Of a stretch of DNA of 64,000 bases, positions 1 through 13,400 are shown one piece after another. The notes beneath the pieces were generated by a model, which saw only the letters and a program-made list of their open reading frames with translations, had not been told where the DNA came from and did not search any database. Position 1 is the stretch's first letter. The number at the start of each line of letters is the position of its first letter. The stretch is taken from the NCBI GenBank assembly GCA_040954595.2, contig CM082586.2, forward strand, positions 1,307,124-1,371,123. Reading direction: 5' to 3'. A program made the position numbers and the translations under genes. The stretch is from Balanoglossus misakiensis (Eukaryota > Animalia > Hemichordata).

Positions 1-581
1 TTTGGTTATATTTTATTATATTTTGATATGTTATATAGAAACCCCGGGTTGACACACGCCCAGAGATCAGTTGAGTGATCAATATTTTACAAGTCACGAC
101 TCTGGGTAAAAAAAGTCTCAATCTTCTCATTGGGATATCTAGTGGTCAGCAGGAAAATCTGTGTACGTAATGATTTATTTGTCCATGTTTGAATCGCACA
201 ATTTCACTTCAAGGACCAAAGATTGACATTTTGAAGAGTTTGTCGATCTTTTACGCTGCATTGTGTAACAATCACGTCTAAGAAGACGACGACTTGTGAA
301 TTCAAGTTTACCTTGGATTTCGATTATACAACAACAGATAAATGCTTCATCATTGCGTTATTATGTTTCAGGCATCTGTGAATTCTGCTAAGTGCGTGCC
401 AAACTCTTACGCGAAAGTGTCCTTCAGTTGAATAGATTACTTGTGATGTCGTTGAACCATGTACCAGTACACGACCCCCCCCCCCCTTTCCCTTTCCCTC
501 AGCGAGCAATCAGTCTGAAGATAGATCACTTCCCAGAATGCGTCCAAAACGCGGAATATTTGTTTCAGGAGAGGACGGAAA

Positions 582-1717
582 TCAGTCAACCTCTAGATTG
601 TAATCAGATAATTTGTATCCAAACAATTTGAAATCCCACTCATACTTCTTATAAAGGCCTCGGATTTGGCTTTTAGTCAGGCGACTGTAGTAGCTCCTCA
701 TGACGTCATCGGAAGAACTATTGGTCGCGTGCGGTGCGTAATGAGGGAAAGTCATCACATCAGACGCGTGGATTGTCTTCATGACGTAATCCGCGTCCTC
801 GGCCAGGCTCTCAGACTTCCCGATGATGTCGTAGTCAAGGAAACACAGATGACAGACGATATGCATTGGTAGCCAGTGCACGTTGTAGTCCAGAATGTCA
901 GTTTTGAGAAGATATTGGACGAATTCTTCAAATTTGATTTGTTTACTTGAGTCTCTCCGCCCGATTGTTCTTTTCACGAGCGGGGAATATATATTTACGA
1001 ACGATTTCTCTGCCGTGATTTCAAACTTGTCCCTGAAAGCGGAGAGAAGGCGTGAGAACGGATGTCTGACAAAGATGAACTTGGTGAAACTTTGCATTCG
1101 TTCTCGTCGCTTCTTCTCTGAGAAGGCGTCCAGAGTCTGATATTTGAAGTCGTAAACTTGGCCTCCTCTTTGAAGATCAGACACATTTTCGATGGCTCCT
1201 CGCAGTACCAGCATAACGGATCTCCAAGCTGTGTTTCCGACTTTAGCTATCGGACAGTACAAAAATTTATATTTGTCATCTACAAAAAGTCGTCGGTAGA
1301 TGGCGTCATCCGATGGTCTCCTTCTTGTATAGTTCTGGCAATGATATTGGGCAAGATATCTTCGTGCTTCGTAGATATTCGAAGTTCTGTCATATTGATT
1401 ACCAGTCAACTGTGCCTGCCTTGTTGGCACCGGTGGTGAAATATTCAAAGGATCCACAAACACGGACCGGTCTTCGTCCCTGTGTTCCAAGTGTGTCCTT
1501 AAATCTGTATTAAATGGTTGTATGGCAAAGTCACCACACACAATGTTCTCCATCATTTATTATGATACACATAAATTATAAACGTATTGCAGTCAGACAG
1601 ACAGACAGACAGATTAAAAATACACTCACCTAGGTAATAATAAAGAGTGATTACAGGTATGCAGAGAAGCGACGATGTCAACAGCAAACGTTTTGAAGAC
1701 CGATGGAATGACGACAT
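582..1717 (-). CDS. Carbohydrate sulfotransferase (CHST11/HNK-1ST family, Sulfotransfer_2), 2 coding exons
   Basis: Exon 1717-1630 encodes a type II anchor (MSSFHRSSKRLLLTSSLLCIPVITLYYYL), then a GT-AG intron, then exon 1504-582. PAPS motifs FLYCPIAKVGNTAW and KFIFVRHPFSRLLSAFRDKF; also HWLPMHIVCHLCFLDYDIIGK and YEWDFKLFGY. Confidence 0.9.
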
Positions 1718-2850
1718 AACACTTGAAGTTGTATTCTCCGATCGGACCCAAGGGTGAAACGAAACGGAACGTGGACCGTGACAAGTGCGGTACTTCAAGC
1801 GCCGGATCAACTTCTGATCGACCGTCGCATCATCTATACCGAAAATATTTACAAATTACGTAACGAAAGAAAAGAAATACCACATGCGCTTGTGATCCTT
1901 GAAAATTAAATAATTGATGAGATCAAAGGGTCAGAAATCAATGGCAGAACAATACAAAGTGATACTAACTTACTTCTTGTTTCTGTGTTTAGTTAGAATA
2001 TGTGTTATCTACGAACATTTTGGGAACTGTTCGATTCAAAGATGGACTCACCTGTGCTAAAGCTTCGTTTCCTGAGAAAGGCGTGTTCCGTCCATGGTGT
2101 AGTGGCGCTCCAGACAAGCCAATTTGGCTACCTTTTCGGAATTCGTCATTCCTCATAACTTTCTAGTTTCCTGAACAACAGGGGAGCCGCAACCCGCAAC
2201 ACCTTCCTTGGGATAAGATACGCTCATTTCCCCGTCATTCATGGCAAAGAAAGAGAGAGTCTTGCTCATGGCATGTAGAGCGACACAGCAACAACGTACA
2301 TGTACACAGCTCCAAGTTCTCCATTCAAATGTAGCAAGCATGCTCTGAATGGAAATCTACCAACATCTGCTCACTTCTTGTCAATCAACCAATCAGAAAC
2401 TGTTTGAACAGTTCTCATTAACCAGGTGATTGGACAGGTCACCACTGATTAAACATATGTAAAGCAGGCAAGTTATCATCCAATCAACACAGTCGGTTAT
2501 GTACATAGCTTGGGATTCACAAAACTCAACATTGTTTAATTCATGTTTGTATTGCACTGATTTGGTTTATTTGTATCAAACTATATATCCCCCAAAAATA
2601 CAAATCACATTTCAGGGAGAAGCACTTGCAGCAAAACAGTGATTTCTGGCACCTCTGTTCCAACATGATCACCAGAATTCTGTGAAATCTGAATTAAAAT
2701 ATCACAAAAGCTATAAAAAATTCTACATTTAGTCAAGAACTTTACACCTTCAAGGTAAGTAAAAATTTCCATTGTAACGAATCCCACTGTATTGATATGT
2801 TTCCCCGTTGGTATAGTACTGTTGGAAAAGACTGTCTCACTCTTGGTAAC

Positions 2851-5800
2851 TCACAACTTGGCATTGTCAAACTGTCTTATTTGTTTGAAATACTTGTACG
2901 ATTCATGCACCTGGAGATGAAACAAAGGTAATCATTAAAAATAAACAATTGTATATAAATAAACTTGGATTACTACAGTTAGCAATGTTAATCCATTCTC
3001 ACGACAAACCATGGCTTTTTTGAATAAAAAAACTTATCAAGAAAGATGATACTTTTTTGTACAAAACTCTCAACAAATAAAGAAAAGTATCCACATATAT
3101 CACCACTGGTGGCGCACCATACCTCATGCTTGTTCAGTGGTGAGCGTTTTGCCCATTCATACAGGTTTTCATAGACTCGGCCATCATATCTACCCAGTAC
3201 AGAAGCCAGAATACCATCTGGAATATCAAACGAATCCACTATGGCCACAGCGTTGGGGCGAATGGTTGCCAGAAGTGATGCAGTGAAATTGGTGACCATG
3301 GAAACCTGCTCCCCTGACAGATACCCATCCTGTTGGAGAAAAGTGCCACTTTGACAATTAGGTTTACGCAAAGTTATGTAAATTAGAGGTGAACATATTA
3401 AGTGTCATGGTGTTTGAATCAGACGATATAAATACAGACAAGTGATCAACTTACATGTAGGAAGTCGCCAGCATGTTCATGGATGCCAGATGCAGCATAC
3501 AGCTGGCACAGAGATTTCAAGACAGCTCTGGCAGAATCTGTGGTGTCCACTGTTGTGATGCTGTCCACGAAACTTCTCACGAGGAACAGATGACAGTGAG
3601 CCTGGTGTAAGGAGACAGAAAGCAGAGGTTAAAAGTATACAAAAGCTATTTCAGTGTGTATCATGTTATCTGGCACTGGCGGTCTCGTCTAGTATTTTTG
3701 TCGTACTTTGTGTGAGGAGGTTCCTGATTATCCAAAGATTCATGAAATAAACCACTAACCTTTGCCGCTTTTACCAGCAACATGTGGCATGCATTCCAGG
3801 CCTCATGCTGAGCTTTTCCGGACATTATCTCACTCTGCATCTGTTCAGCAGCTGCCTTAACTAACCTACATAGAAAGAGAAAAAACACCAATTTCAAACA
3901 TCAAAGTTAGCAGAAATCGTGCAAATCTCAGACACATTGAAGGAGACCATTAAACAGCTATCCTGCCTTTGACATCTGTGTTTGTAGGCGTCTACGAATA
4001 CTTTCAGGTCATGGAGATCGCTTGGTCTTTTAACCACCCATCGTCTGTCTGCCTTCTCTGACATATAGGACGCCTGACCGGCCACATTCTCACCGACAGC
4101 TGCTTTGCCGGCACACTTCATCAGGTATCTGGACGGATAAAATAAAAAAAACAGTTGTGAAACTAAAAATTCATATACCATGTAGAAGGAAAGATTGCAC
4201 ATGAGCTTTTTGACATCAAAGCAAACCACTAAAACTTTTCAATGTTTAATTTATGTAAGTTTGTATCACATTCTCACCTGGCCACTTGCAAATAGAGTAC
4301 AGTATTCTCTCCTTCCACAATACACAGTGCTGTTAATGCAGCATAAAGATCTGGAAGTCCACTGGCCATTGAGTAGCCATGCCCACCGCAGGCCAGCAAA
4401 CAGGTCTCCACACTTCTAACGGAAATGTCACTCACAAAGGCTTTCAGTCCTGATGACACGGCATGCAGCTGTATGGAAAGACAGAAACAAAACTCAGCTG
4501 AAATGGTGTTTCTAGTCTGAAGCGACTTAAGTTAATCTGTTCAGGAGTCTCTCCTGCTGGTGTTGTTTCACAGAGTGGTTTTGACTTACAGCCTGGATAC
4601 AAAACTATGAATCATCACACCCTTGCCTCTGTCACGCAAGCGATCACCTGTGAGTTGGTGAAGTGCATAGACAACATTGCAGTTTGGTAGATTACTTACA
4701 TCGGGTAATGACTCAAAGTTGCCAACTTTGAACTCATTTTGTGCGCTGGTGTAAATCTCCTTCAGATTCCTAGCTGCAAGGTAGATTGCAAAGGTGGCTG
4801 CAACAACTGGGAAGAGTTTGTACTGCTGAGTTTGGTAGTCCAACACCTGTGGTTCCCCACCACTTGAAATCAAAATGGAAATGCAAAATTATTGGCACCT
4901 CTGTTCGTAAGTAACCACGAGTGCAAATAACAAAAAGAACCAGACAGCAAGGCGAAATACACACACAAAATTTTCTTGAAGAAATTTCCCCTCATTGATG
5001 AGCTTGTGTCACTATATTGCAGAAATATGGAAAAATAAATACAAACCCAGGAGTCATCTCAGTTTGACGTCTGACAGCGCTGTACCGCACAGCAATCATG
5101 CATGCACGTGATAAGTTCTCTGCAGCGCCTTGTGTGAAGGCCACACGCAGGTAAACCATCGATGCGTACGTCATTTTGGTGTTCGCTGGTGCGACGTACG
5201 TTCCATCTGGTAACACCTGGAATTGTAACCAATAGTATGGCTCAAGTTGGTTTACTAGCACAGATACATGTAGATAGACAATATTGCTTTATTCTCAGAA
5301 TCTAAAAATGTGCAAAGACTGACCTTTGCAAACTTCATCATCATGTTATCCCTTGGAATTCTGACATGATCCAGTTTTAGGAAGCCATTGTCTTGAAACC
5401 CTCTGAACTTGGGTCCAATATCACCCACAGTTACTCCTGGAAAACATCAAAATTTTTCACTGCTCGTTAATTCATGGGACGAAAGTCTTTTGTTAAAACA
5501 CTGAAAGAATTGGCCAAAAGTGAGAGCTACCGGCCAGGGGTTTAACTCCTTCACCTCCAGTTTCCTTTGAAGAGGTCCAAGTTCACCATAGAAAACAGTG
5601 GGCTTGGACTGAACCATGGTGGTTAGAAGTCCCTTGACTGGCCACTATAGACAGGTTCGACTGTACATACCTGGCATGGGAGTGTGGTCCTTCATGCTAC
5701 GTATCTGAACCATAAACTGGTGAATGCCGTAACATTTTCCTTTGATGTAGAGTTGGGCCACGACAATGGCATGGGTTGCCATGAGTCCCACTGGAAATAA

Positions 5801-7341
5801 TAAAAAAATGGAAATATGGCATTTAAAAAAAACAATCTGGCTATTTGTATTATTCATATTTGCCATTACAAGTGATTATGTAATGCAGGTTTTTAGATCA
5901 AGATCGAACAGATATTGATAATGGAGGATGAGGAGAAAACGGCAGATTTTACGTTCTCCAACTTACAGTTTCCCGGCCACCACTTCATTGAAGTCAATGT
6001 AGGGTTGTTCATCACAAATTCATCTGTTTGGGGATCAAATGTTGCTGTTGTTTCCAATCCTCTGAGAAATGTACCTGGAGAGATAAGCAAAACATAAAAA
6101 CGGTGACCATGAAAATGTTTGCAAGTACAAATAAAAAGGACAGATAAACATTTTGAAATAAATACTGTACATATAAGATGGCTGGAGTTTGCCTAGGTAG
6201 CAAAATTCTATTTGTGGTGAGAATTGGCTGTGAATAAACATTGACTCACCATGACCCAGCTCTGTCTGGGCATAGGTACCAACAACTTTTAAACTGTTTG
6301 CTAATGGCATCCATTTCTGTTGCTGTTCTTCTGTCCCTTGCCCCACGATGGAAGGTTTGAACATCATATAGTGGACTGCAAATGCATGGACAGGACACAC
6401 TTGCCTACAAAGGTATGGTATGGCAAACAAAAAATATTCTTTGAGAGGCATAACATCAATGTGTTGCACAGAATATCGGAATGCGAAATTATCCTCAGCT
6501 CGTAAAATTTAATTATTACCTATTTTGAACAGGATTTCAATGCGTGTAAACTGTTGGTGTAAAGGTTGATGAGAAAAGAAATGACACTTTGAAACTTGTT
6601 CACTACCTGAAGTATTTCTGATCATCTTCATCATGTAGGTTATATTGCTGGATCTTCTTTTCGATCAAAATGCCCAATTTTGTTGTCAAATTCACTCCCT
6701 CTTCCCGGGTTATAAAGCTGAAATCCTCATGCTTCAAGTCTGGATCATTGAGGGCAAGGGATTCTGGACGAAATTAAAATATATGTAAATTACATGAAAT
6801 GAACAACTAGATATGAACTGAATATGCTCACATGTACATGACTTCGTAAAGATTGAAAATGTACCGTGGGATAAAAAACACCACACTGAGTGTATTATAC
6901 AATTAGCAACTATATTATCAGCTGTTCACGTATGTGATGCGTATGGTACAAAGGTTATAGAACAAGGGTTCAGCTAAAGTCTGTTGCACCCTGACAATCA
7001 GAGATGATGTATATAATATATTGTTTTTTCTGTTCAATTCACACATGTTAAATTAAAGGGGGAAATGCGGTCACCAACTAATATGAGGTCAAATCAGAGT
7101 GCCTAGAAATGAACACAGGCATTTTCGAAATATACACCAATGGCTGTGTACCATTACCAGCAGCGCAACACGGAACAAGCAGACGACAAACGATGACAGG
7201 CGACACAGTGTATGTCAGAAATTACTTACCGAGGTAACGTCGTCGCCTCGTCTTATCTCGCCCACCGTCTTTGACGTACGTCAAGTCGATAGGTTCAAAC
7301 GTAGCTTTCTCTCTTTCACGCTGCAAATCTGGGTTCATCAT
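2851..7341 (-). CDS. ACOX1: Peroxisomal acyl-CoA oxidase 1-like, paralog A (multi-exon)
   Basis: Starts [15 protein letters not shown]. Motifs [47 protein letters not shown], catalytic [20 protein letters not shown]. Ends FDNAKL* (PTS1). Confidence 0.93.
5546..5630. mobile_element. Degenerate ~85-bp MITE, same family as 13701 and 60720, in an ACOX-A intron
   Basis: Reverse complement matches 13701-13785 (ggactgaaccatggtgg core); preceded by TTAA at 5542-5545. Confidence 0.6.
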
Positions 7342-7392
7342 CGTGCAGCAGAACGAAGGGGATGGGCAGACGCGACACAAACTCCAGGGTGG

Positions 7393-7405
7393 TGACCTTT
7401 GACCC
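7393..7405 (-). promoter_or_regulatory. DR1 nuclear-receptor element (HNF4/PPAR:RXR type) upstream of ACOX-A
   Basis: TGACCTTTGACCC reads GGGTCA-A-AGGTCA on the coding strand, about 50 bp before the ATG. Confidence 0.6.
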
Positions 7406-7757
7406 CATCAGAACCCTCAAGCCACTGGAAATACGCACTCGCATAGGCAATACGTACAATCTTTAATACAAAATGCTCATATCCATTTGAGAAATCTCTT
7501 TACTTCTATTCACACCAACCAGTAGTATTCTTCTAAAAAACATGCAGCCACATAAACATACTGCTTGAGTTTTATTTTTGGAATAGATGCATATACATGT
7601 AGTATTAAGAGACAGGCAAGTGATGAAGATACGAGTTAAAGATACTTTTACACATGTTTTACAGATTCTATGCTACTTTGTTGCTTGTAACTCCAAACCA
7701 CACGTACCACAGATGACTGTGAGATTCCTGAAACAGCGAATGAAACTACATCATCCC

Positions 7758-9083
7758 TTAGGAGTCGAACTGGTAGACCGACTTTTCAAGTCCATCAACA
7801 TATTGTGTATATTCAACTGTACTGGAGTAGAAATTGCACTTATACATGTCAGATTTACGGACATAGTCTAAATAGTCGGGTGCACCTGGGATAAGTACAT
7901 TGTCTGCCACGATGACAGATCCTCGGCGAAGTAAGCCGTTGGACTCGGTCAGTTTAAGATCTCGCAGATAAAAACTTTTCACGTGATCGATGAAGACCAG
8001 GTCCAAGTTCATAATATCGTGCGATTTCTTCAAGTCTGGAATGACCGATTTACTGTCCCCTGCAATAAACGTAACCTGTGAAGAGAATAAATTAACGATG
8101 TTGGTCCATACAACAGAAAAAGTTACTTTCCTCATTTTTAAAAGCAAAAATGAAACATAGAAGGTAGACGTTGAAGGAAAATACTGTCTGATGATCGCTT
8201 TATGCGTGCACGTGAAAGCCACAACTATTGTATGAATGGGGTAGAGTCAGGATATCCTTACTGGTTGAAAAAGTGCTCGATGCAAATCTACAGCTTACCT
8301 TGTCGTCAAGTCCAGCAAAAGAGACGATCTTCTTGGCATATGACTGACGCTCAGGTTGACATTCAACTGTCAGAAGCTTGCCGTTTGGTGGCAGTAGACG
8401 AGCAATACGAACTGCAGAGTAACCAAGATAGGTTCCCAGTTCAAGAACGGTAGTTGGCGCAGTTTCTCTCACTATAGAATCCAAGATTTCACCTAGTTTC
8501 GAGAGAAAGAAACATTGTTTGAAACAGTTAATACTTAAGACAACTAGAAGGTGAACGTCCACATTAAATAATAATTGAAAGCTATAAGTACCCAATGCAA
8601 ACCAAGGTACAAATGTTTCTCCCCCATTACTGAGTGAAATTGTGCAATTATCATTGTATCTTGACAACATTTTTTTCTTCTTCATCAGCTCGTAGACATA
8701 GTTTACGCCAGTGGAGGGACTGTGTCCACACTAATATAGTTAAAATCTGAAAGATAAAACGCCCAACACGTCAACAAATAGCTTTAAAAGTACAGACCCT
8801 TCACTGGACCGACGTTCATCGCCCATTCTTTGTTGTTGCAGTGCTCGTCGATGGCTTGTAGGACACTTTCTGCATCACCTCGTTTGGCTGTGGAAGTGAC
8901 GTGGTTGAGAATTCTATCGGGTAATGTGTCTCCAGTAATGAAGTCTCGCAACCTCCGCTGCCATACCTGAACTTTCATCCATAGGATACAGCGCATGTGG
9001 TCTGAAAGGGTCTGCCTCAGCAGGGTTCCTATGGCAACTACAACCATGATCAGTATCACAACTATCCATAACATACAATCCAT
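7758..9083 (-). CDS. Membrane-anchored catechol O-methyltransferase-like (COMT/TOMT family), 3 coding exons
   Basis: N-terminal TM (MLWIVVILIMVVVAIG); KEWAMNVG, VLELGTYLGYSA, LVFIDHVK, IVADNVLIPGAPDYLDYVR. Exons approx. 9083-8798, 8493-8299, 8075-7758. Confidence 0.9.
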
Positions 9084-10462
9084 GTTCTCGGGCTGGAGCT
9101 GAAACAAAGTACAGCACACCTGTCTGTACATGTATATCGTATATTTACGTGCATTGCCATGATGCGTAATACTAGTAGCCCACTTAAATAAGTGCACCGA
9201 TGTGAATAGGCCCTAGCTATTAAAATGCAGATCGACGACGTGTATTGTGTGACCATTTCTGCCATTTCTCGCCCTTCACCAAAAAAATCCCAACTCAATA
9301 AAGCTATAACCTACCTTGAATATCAGGAATATTTCACTGCTGAAAAGTCTTACTTCCTTGTGACTCTAGCAGGCCAGCAACGTGTTCTGAAAGTACTGGT
9401 TTCAACGTGGATTCCTGGGCGGGGTCGACACAGAGTACAACAGCAAGCCATACACACTATGAATGACGTGTCGCCCAGCTATAAGCTGCAAGGTCAAGCA
9501 CCTATGCCAGCACTGCTTTTGTCTGGGAAGGACATGGATACCCAATGTGGCCTCTCTATACTGACCTCATTCTCGAGACGCGACCATGAATGTGACTGAG
9601 AGACAGACTGCAGATATCACAGTAAACAGAGATTATGGGCGAGAGTTTAATTAGCCTGCAGCCCTTTGGTTTTCGGGGTTTTACCAAGAATCTGGTAGTT
9701 GCTTTATAAGTAATAAATGATGGAAACGTTCCGATCTGTTTTTTTTCAATAAACATTACTTGCTGAACAATCTCTGTATTTGTCTTTTCTCTGTGTTACT
9801 CACACGTTCTGTCTTTTATCAGTTGTTAATCAAGAACACAAGATACTAGTATCGAGTAGAGCATGTGCTTGGGCTAATCCGTACAGCTCAAAATAGCGCC
9901 TCCAGTGGTCATTTATCAAAAATTATACCCACGTATAAAATATAATACAGTGGGCACACAGATTATAAAAAAATACACCACATTTTCACTTTGTTGTAAC
10001 TGTTGTATGTTAATGTTCACTCTCCCAAATAAATGTACATCAATACAGGTCTGAAAACAGAAAGCTCAGCGCTATATTTCTACAAAATTATCTTGCATTT
10101 GATACATATGTACTGGCATATTCTGATTGTTACCCATGATCTCTCCATAATATTTACAATACATTACATATTTAAGGAATTGTTCAGGGTCAATAAGCAA
10201 TTGACCATTAATATTGCAGGTGCAACTTTGTTACCTTTTACACTAGAGTCTTACCGCCATATAAAGTTTGATGAATCACACGTGAATGATTAGGCAGCAT
10301 ATTATCCAATTTTATGAGCCATCAAAACTGTTGCAAAGTGGAGCTTAATGGAAATGCATCAGTATGATTCTCCTTAAAGCAGATCTCACAGCAGCTAGAG
10401 CACTTCTAGAAGACTGGTATGGCTGCTAGGTATTACATGTACATGTACTTATGATTATGCCT

Positions 10463-13400
10463 TTACAGTTTGGAGGCATTGGCTTGGATCAGCGGTCTCA
10501 GGTAAGTGTAGTATGAATGATGGACCTGAAAAATGAAGACATTGGGATTAGAGGTAGGAATAAAGTACATGTACATAGGAATTGGGGTAAACCATGATCA
10601 GCAGTGACAACTATGGCATCTCAAAACATTTGCATCAAGGGTGAAAAACAGGGTCATAATCTACTGAACTGTTGGTAAAGCTTAATATTCAGCCTCTTAA
10701 CATGGCTTAGCATACCTCATCCTTGTTCAGTGGAGATTGTTTGGCCCACTCATACATGTTTTCGTAAACATTTCCATCGTATCTGCCAAGTATAGAACCA
10801 AGTACCCTATCTGGGAAATCAAAGGCGTCGACCAGGGCCACTGCATTCGGGCGAAGTGTTGCCAGGAGAGAAACTATCTCACTGTTTACCATGGCAACCT
10901 GATCTCCAGAGAAGTAACCATCCTGCAAATGATGAATATATAATTGAAATTATTATGATTTTATTCCACTCAGTAAAATCCTTACATTTCTATAAAGTGT
11001 GTAACGTTGCTTGTCAAGATTAGTAAAATTCATGAAGCTATCGACTCAAATGTGTTACCTGAAGGAAATCACCAGCATTCTCCTGGATACCAATCAAAGC
11101 GTATAACTGACACAAAGACACCAATACTTGTTTCACCGATGCTGACATTTGAGTTCCGACAACCACTTCGGCGAAGGCTTTCATTGCATAATACTCACAG
11201 TGGGCCTGTTTGATGAGAAAAAAATGACGACAGTTTGAGTGTGCTATGATTATGAATGCTTTTGGTATTTTGAGTTTTATGCAGGAAGTGATACTGTTGT
11301 TTGGCTTAACTGAACAATAATTGCTGTTATTAATTTGGCTTACTGTGGCCGCTGAGAGCAAGTACATATGACATGTATTCCAGGCGACATGCTGGGGCTT
11401 CCCAGCTGCCATCTTTCCTTGCAGTTTCCTTGCAGCATCCATTACAAGTCTGATTATGAAATGGAGAGAGAGAAAAAAGCATCAGATCTCAGAAAGTGAG
11501 AAGAGGTTGATCAACGTTCTACCCTTCTAAAGGTGCCTGTAAGGATAGCAATTACCACAAACGCAAGAGCCAATTGTCATAGGTTATAGCATTCGTGCAC
11601 CTGGTGTACACCTGTGAGAGCACTAACAAGAAACTGACCAATCAAAAACAACAAGGCATTGCCCTAAATTGGAGATTACCTCTGTGCCCTGTGTTTGAAT
11701 GCCTCACATAGGACTTCCAGTCTTAACAGATCTGATTGGTCGTTGATGTTTGCTTGCTGCTGTGGTGCTTCAAACAGATACTCTGCCTGGCCTGACTGTC
11801 TGTCGCCTGAGAAGGCATTGCTGGCGATCTTCACTAAATATCTGAAAGGATGTGCGGAAGGGAGAGGTCATTATGGGAAGGTGACTGTGTGTGGAGGGGG
11901 TTATGTGTTGGGTGCAAGGGTTGTGTAGTGACATGGCTGTGTGAAGGCAATTGAAGCAGTAGGGATGGGAAATAAATTCACACACCTTGCTGTCTGCAGT
12001 AACATGACCGTGTTTTCCCCCTCTGCAGTTTGGAAGTGGGTGCACATTGTGTACAGGTCAGGCAGACCGCTGGCGTTTGAGTAGCCATGTCCACCACAAG
12101 CAAGGCGACAGATTTCTAACCCTCTGTTCATCGTGGAAGTGGAGAAAGCCTTCAGTCCACAACTCAGAGCATGCATCTTGAGAGATTGAGAAATAAAATG
12201 AGGTTTAGAGAGAGATTGTGAGTGAAGTTGAAGTTGACAGAGATAGTGAAATACAGATTGAGATTTTCCAACTTTTCAAGTACAACAGTCGCTGTGTCAT
12301 CTGTAATACTTACATCTTGTAGATGTCTGTAATCACCATTGGCAAGTTCGGCCAGAAGATTGTTGTAGATCTTCCTGCTCTTCATGTGCACAAAATACAG
12401 AGCATATGCTTTGGCCAGCCATGGAAACAACTTCAGTTGTTGGGACTGATAGTCCAAAACCTGTGGTTCTTTGCCACTGCGGAGGCAACATTATTTGTTA
12501 TGAAATCAGTGTGTATAGCTGTGGGTTGCAAAGTGACTTGAACCCAGCAAAGCAAGCAAAATTCCACGGTGCTTTTTAAATCACAATTCAGGACTCTGTT
12601 TAGAGAGGGTTTAGAATATTTACCCTGGTGTCATTTCGCTCTGTCTCCTCACAGCGCTGTATCGTATGGCGATTGTGCAAGCCATGGCTAGAGCTTCAGC
12701 CGTGGCAACCAGATAGCTGATCCGGACATACATCATGCTTCCATAGGCAAGTTTGTCTGTTGGCGGCTTGGTGTACCTCCCATCAGCAGAAACCTATAGT
12801 ATGTAAAAACAAAACATTTTTTGAAGGAGAGCTGTGTTTGAAAGAACCACATGTATAGACAATCATACACCACTATGCTTTCAAACTACAATATCGGGAC
12901 ATTGGCAGGACTGTCCTACTTTCATATGCAGAGATTTTTTTATTTATTTGTGCTGGGGGAGGGAGCAATAGACAGCAATATATGTGATAATACGTTGCGC
13001 AGAATGCGTTCACTTGTATTGTATGATTTCCTAGAACAAGTAATTGGTGTAGAAACAGCCCCACATACCTTGGCATATCTCATCATCATATTTTCTCTGG
13101 GAATATGAACATGGTCCAGTTTGAGAAATCCGTTGTCGTTACTGTTGAATCCAAACTTGGGTCCAATGTCTCCAATAGTCACACCTGATGCAGGAGGGGG
13201 CAGTAGAGAGAAAGATATCACATTACTCAGAAATAATTCCACTTCACATAATTCGAGGACAAGAGCATTAATATCTATATATTACCTGGCATTGGCTCAT
13301 GAGTTTCCAAACTTCTCAGCTGTACAATGAACGCATGTATACCATACTTCTTTCCCTGGATATACAGCTGGGCCATAACTATAGCATGGTTCACAGTTTT

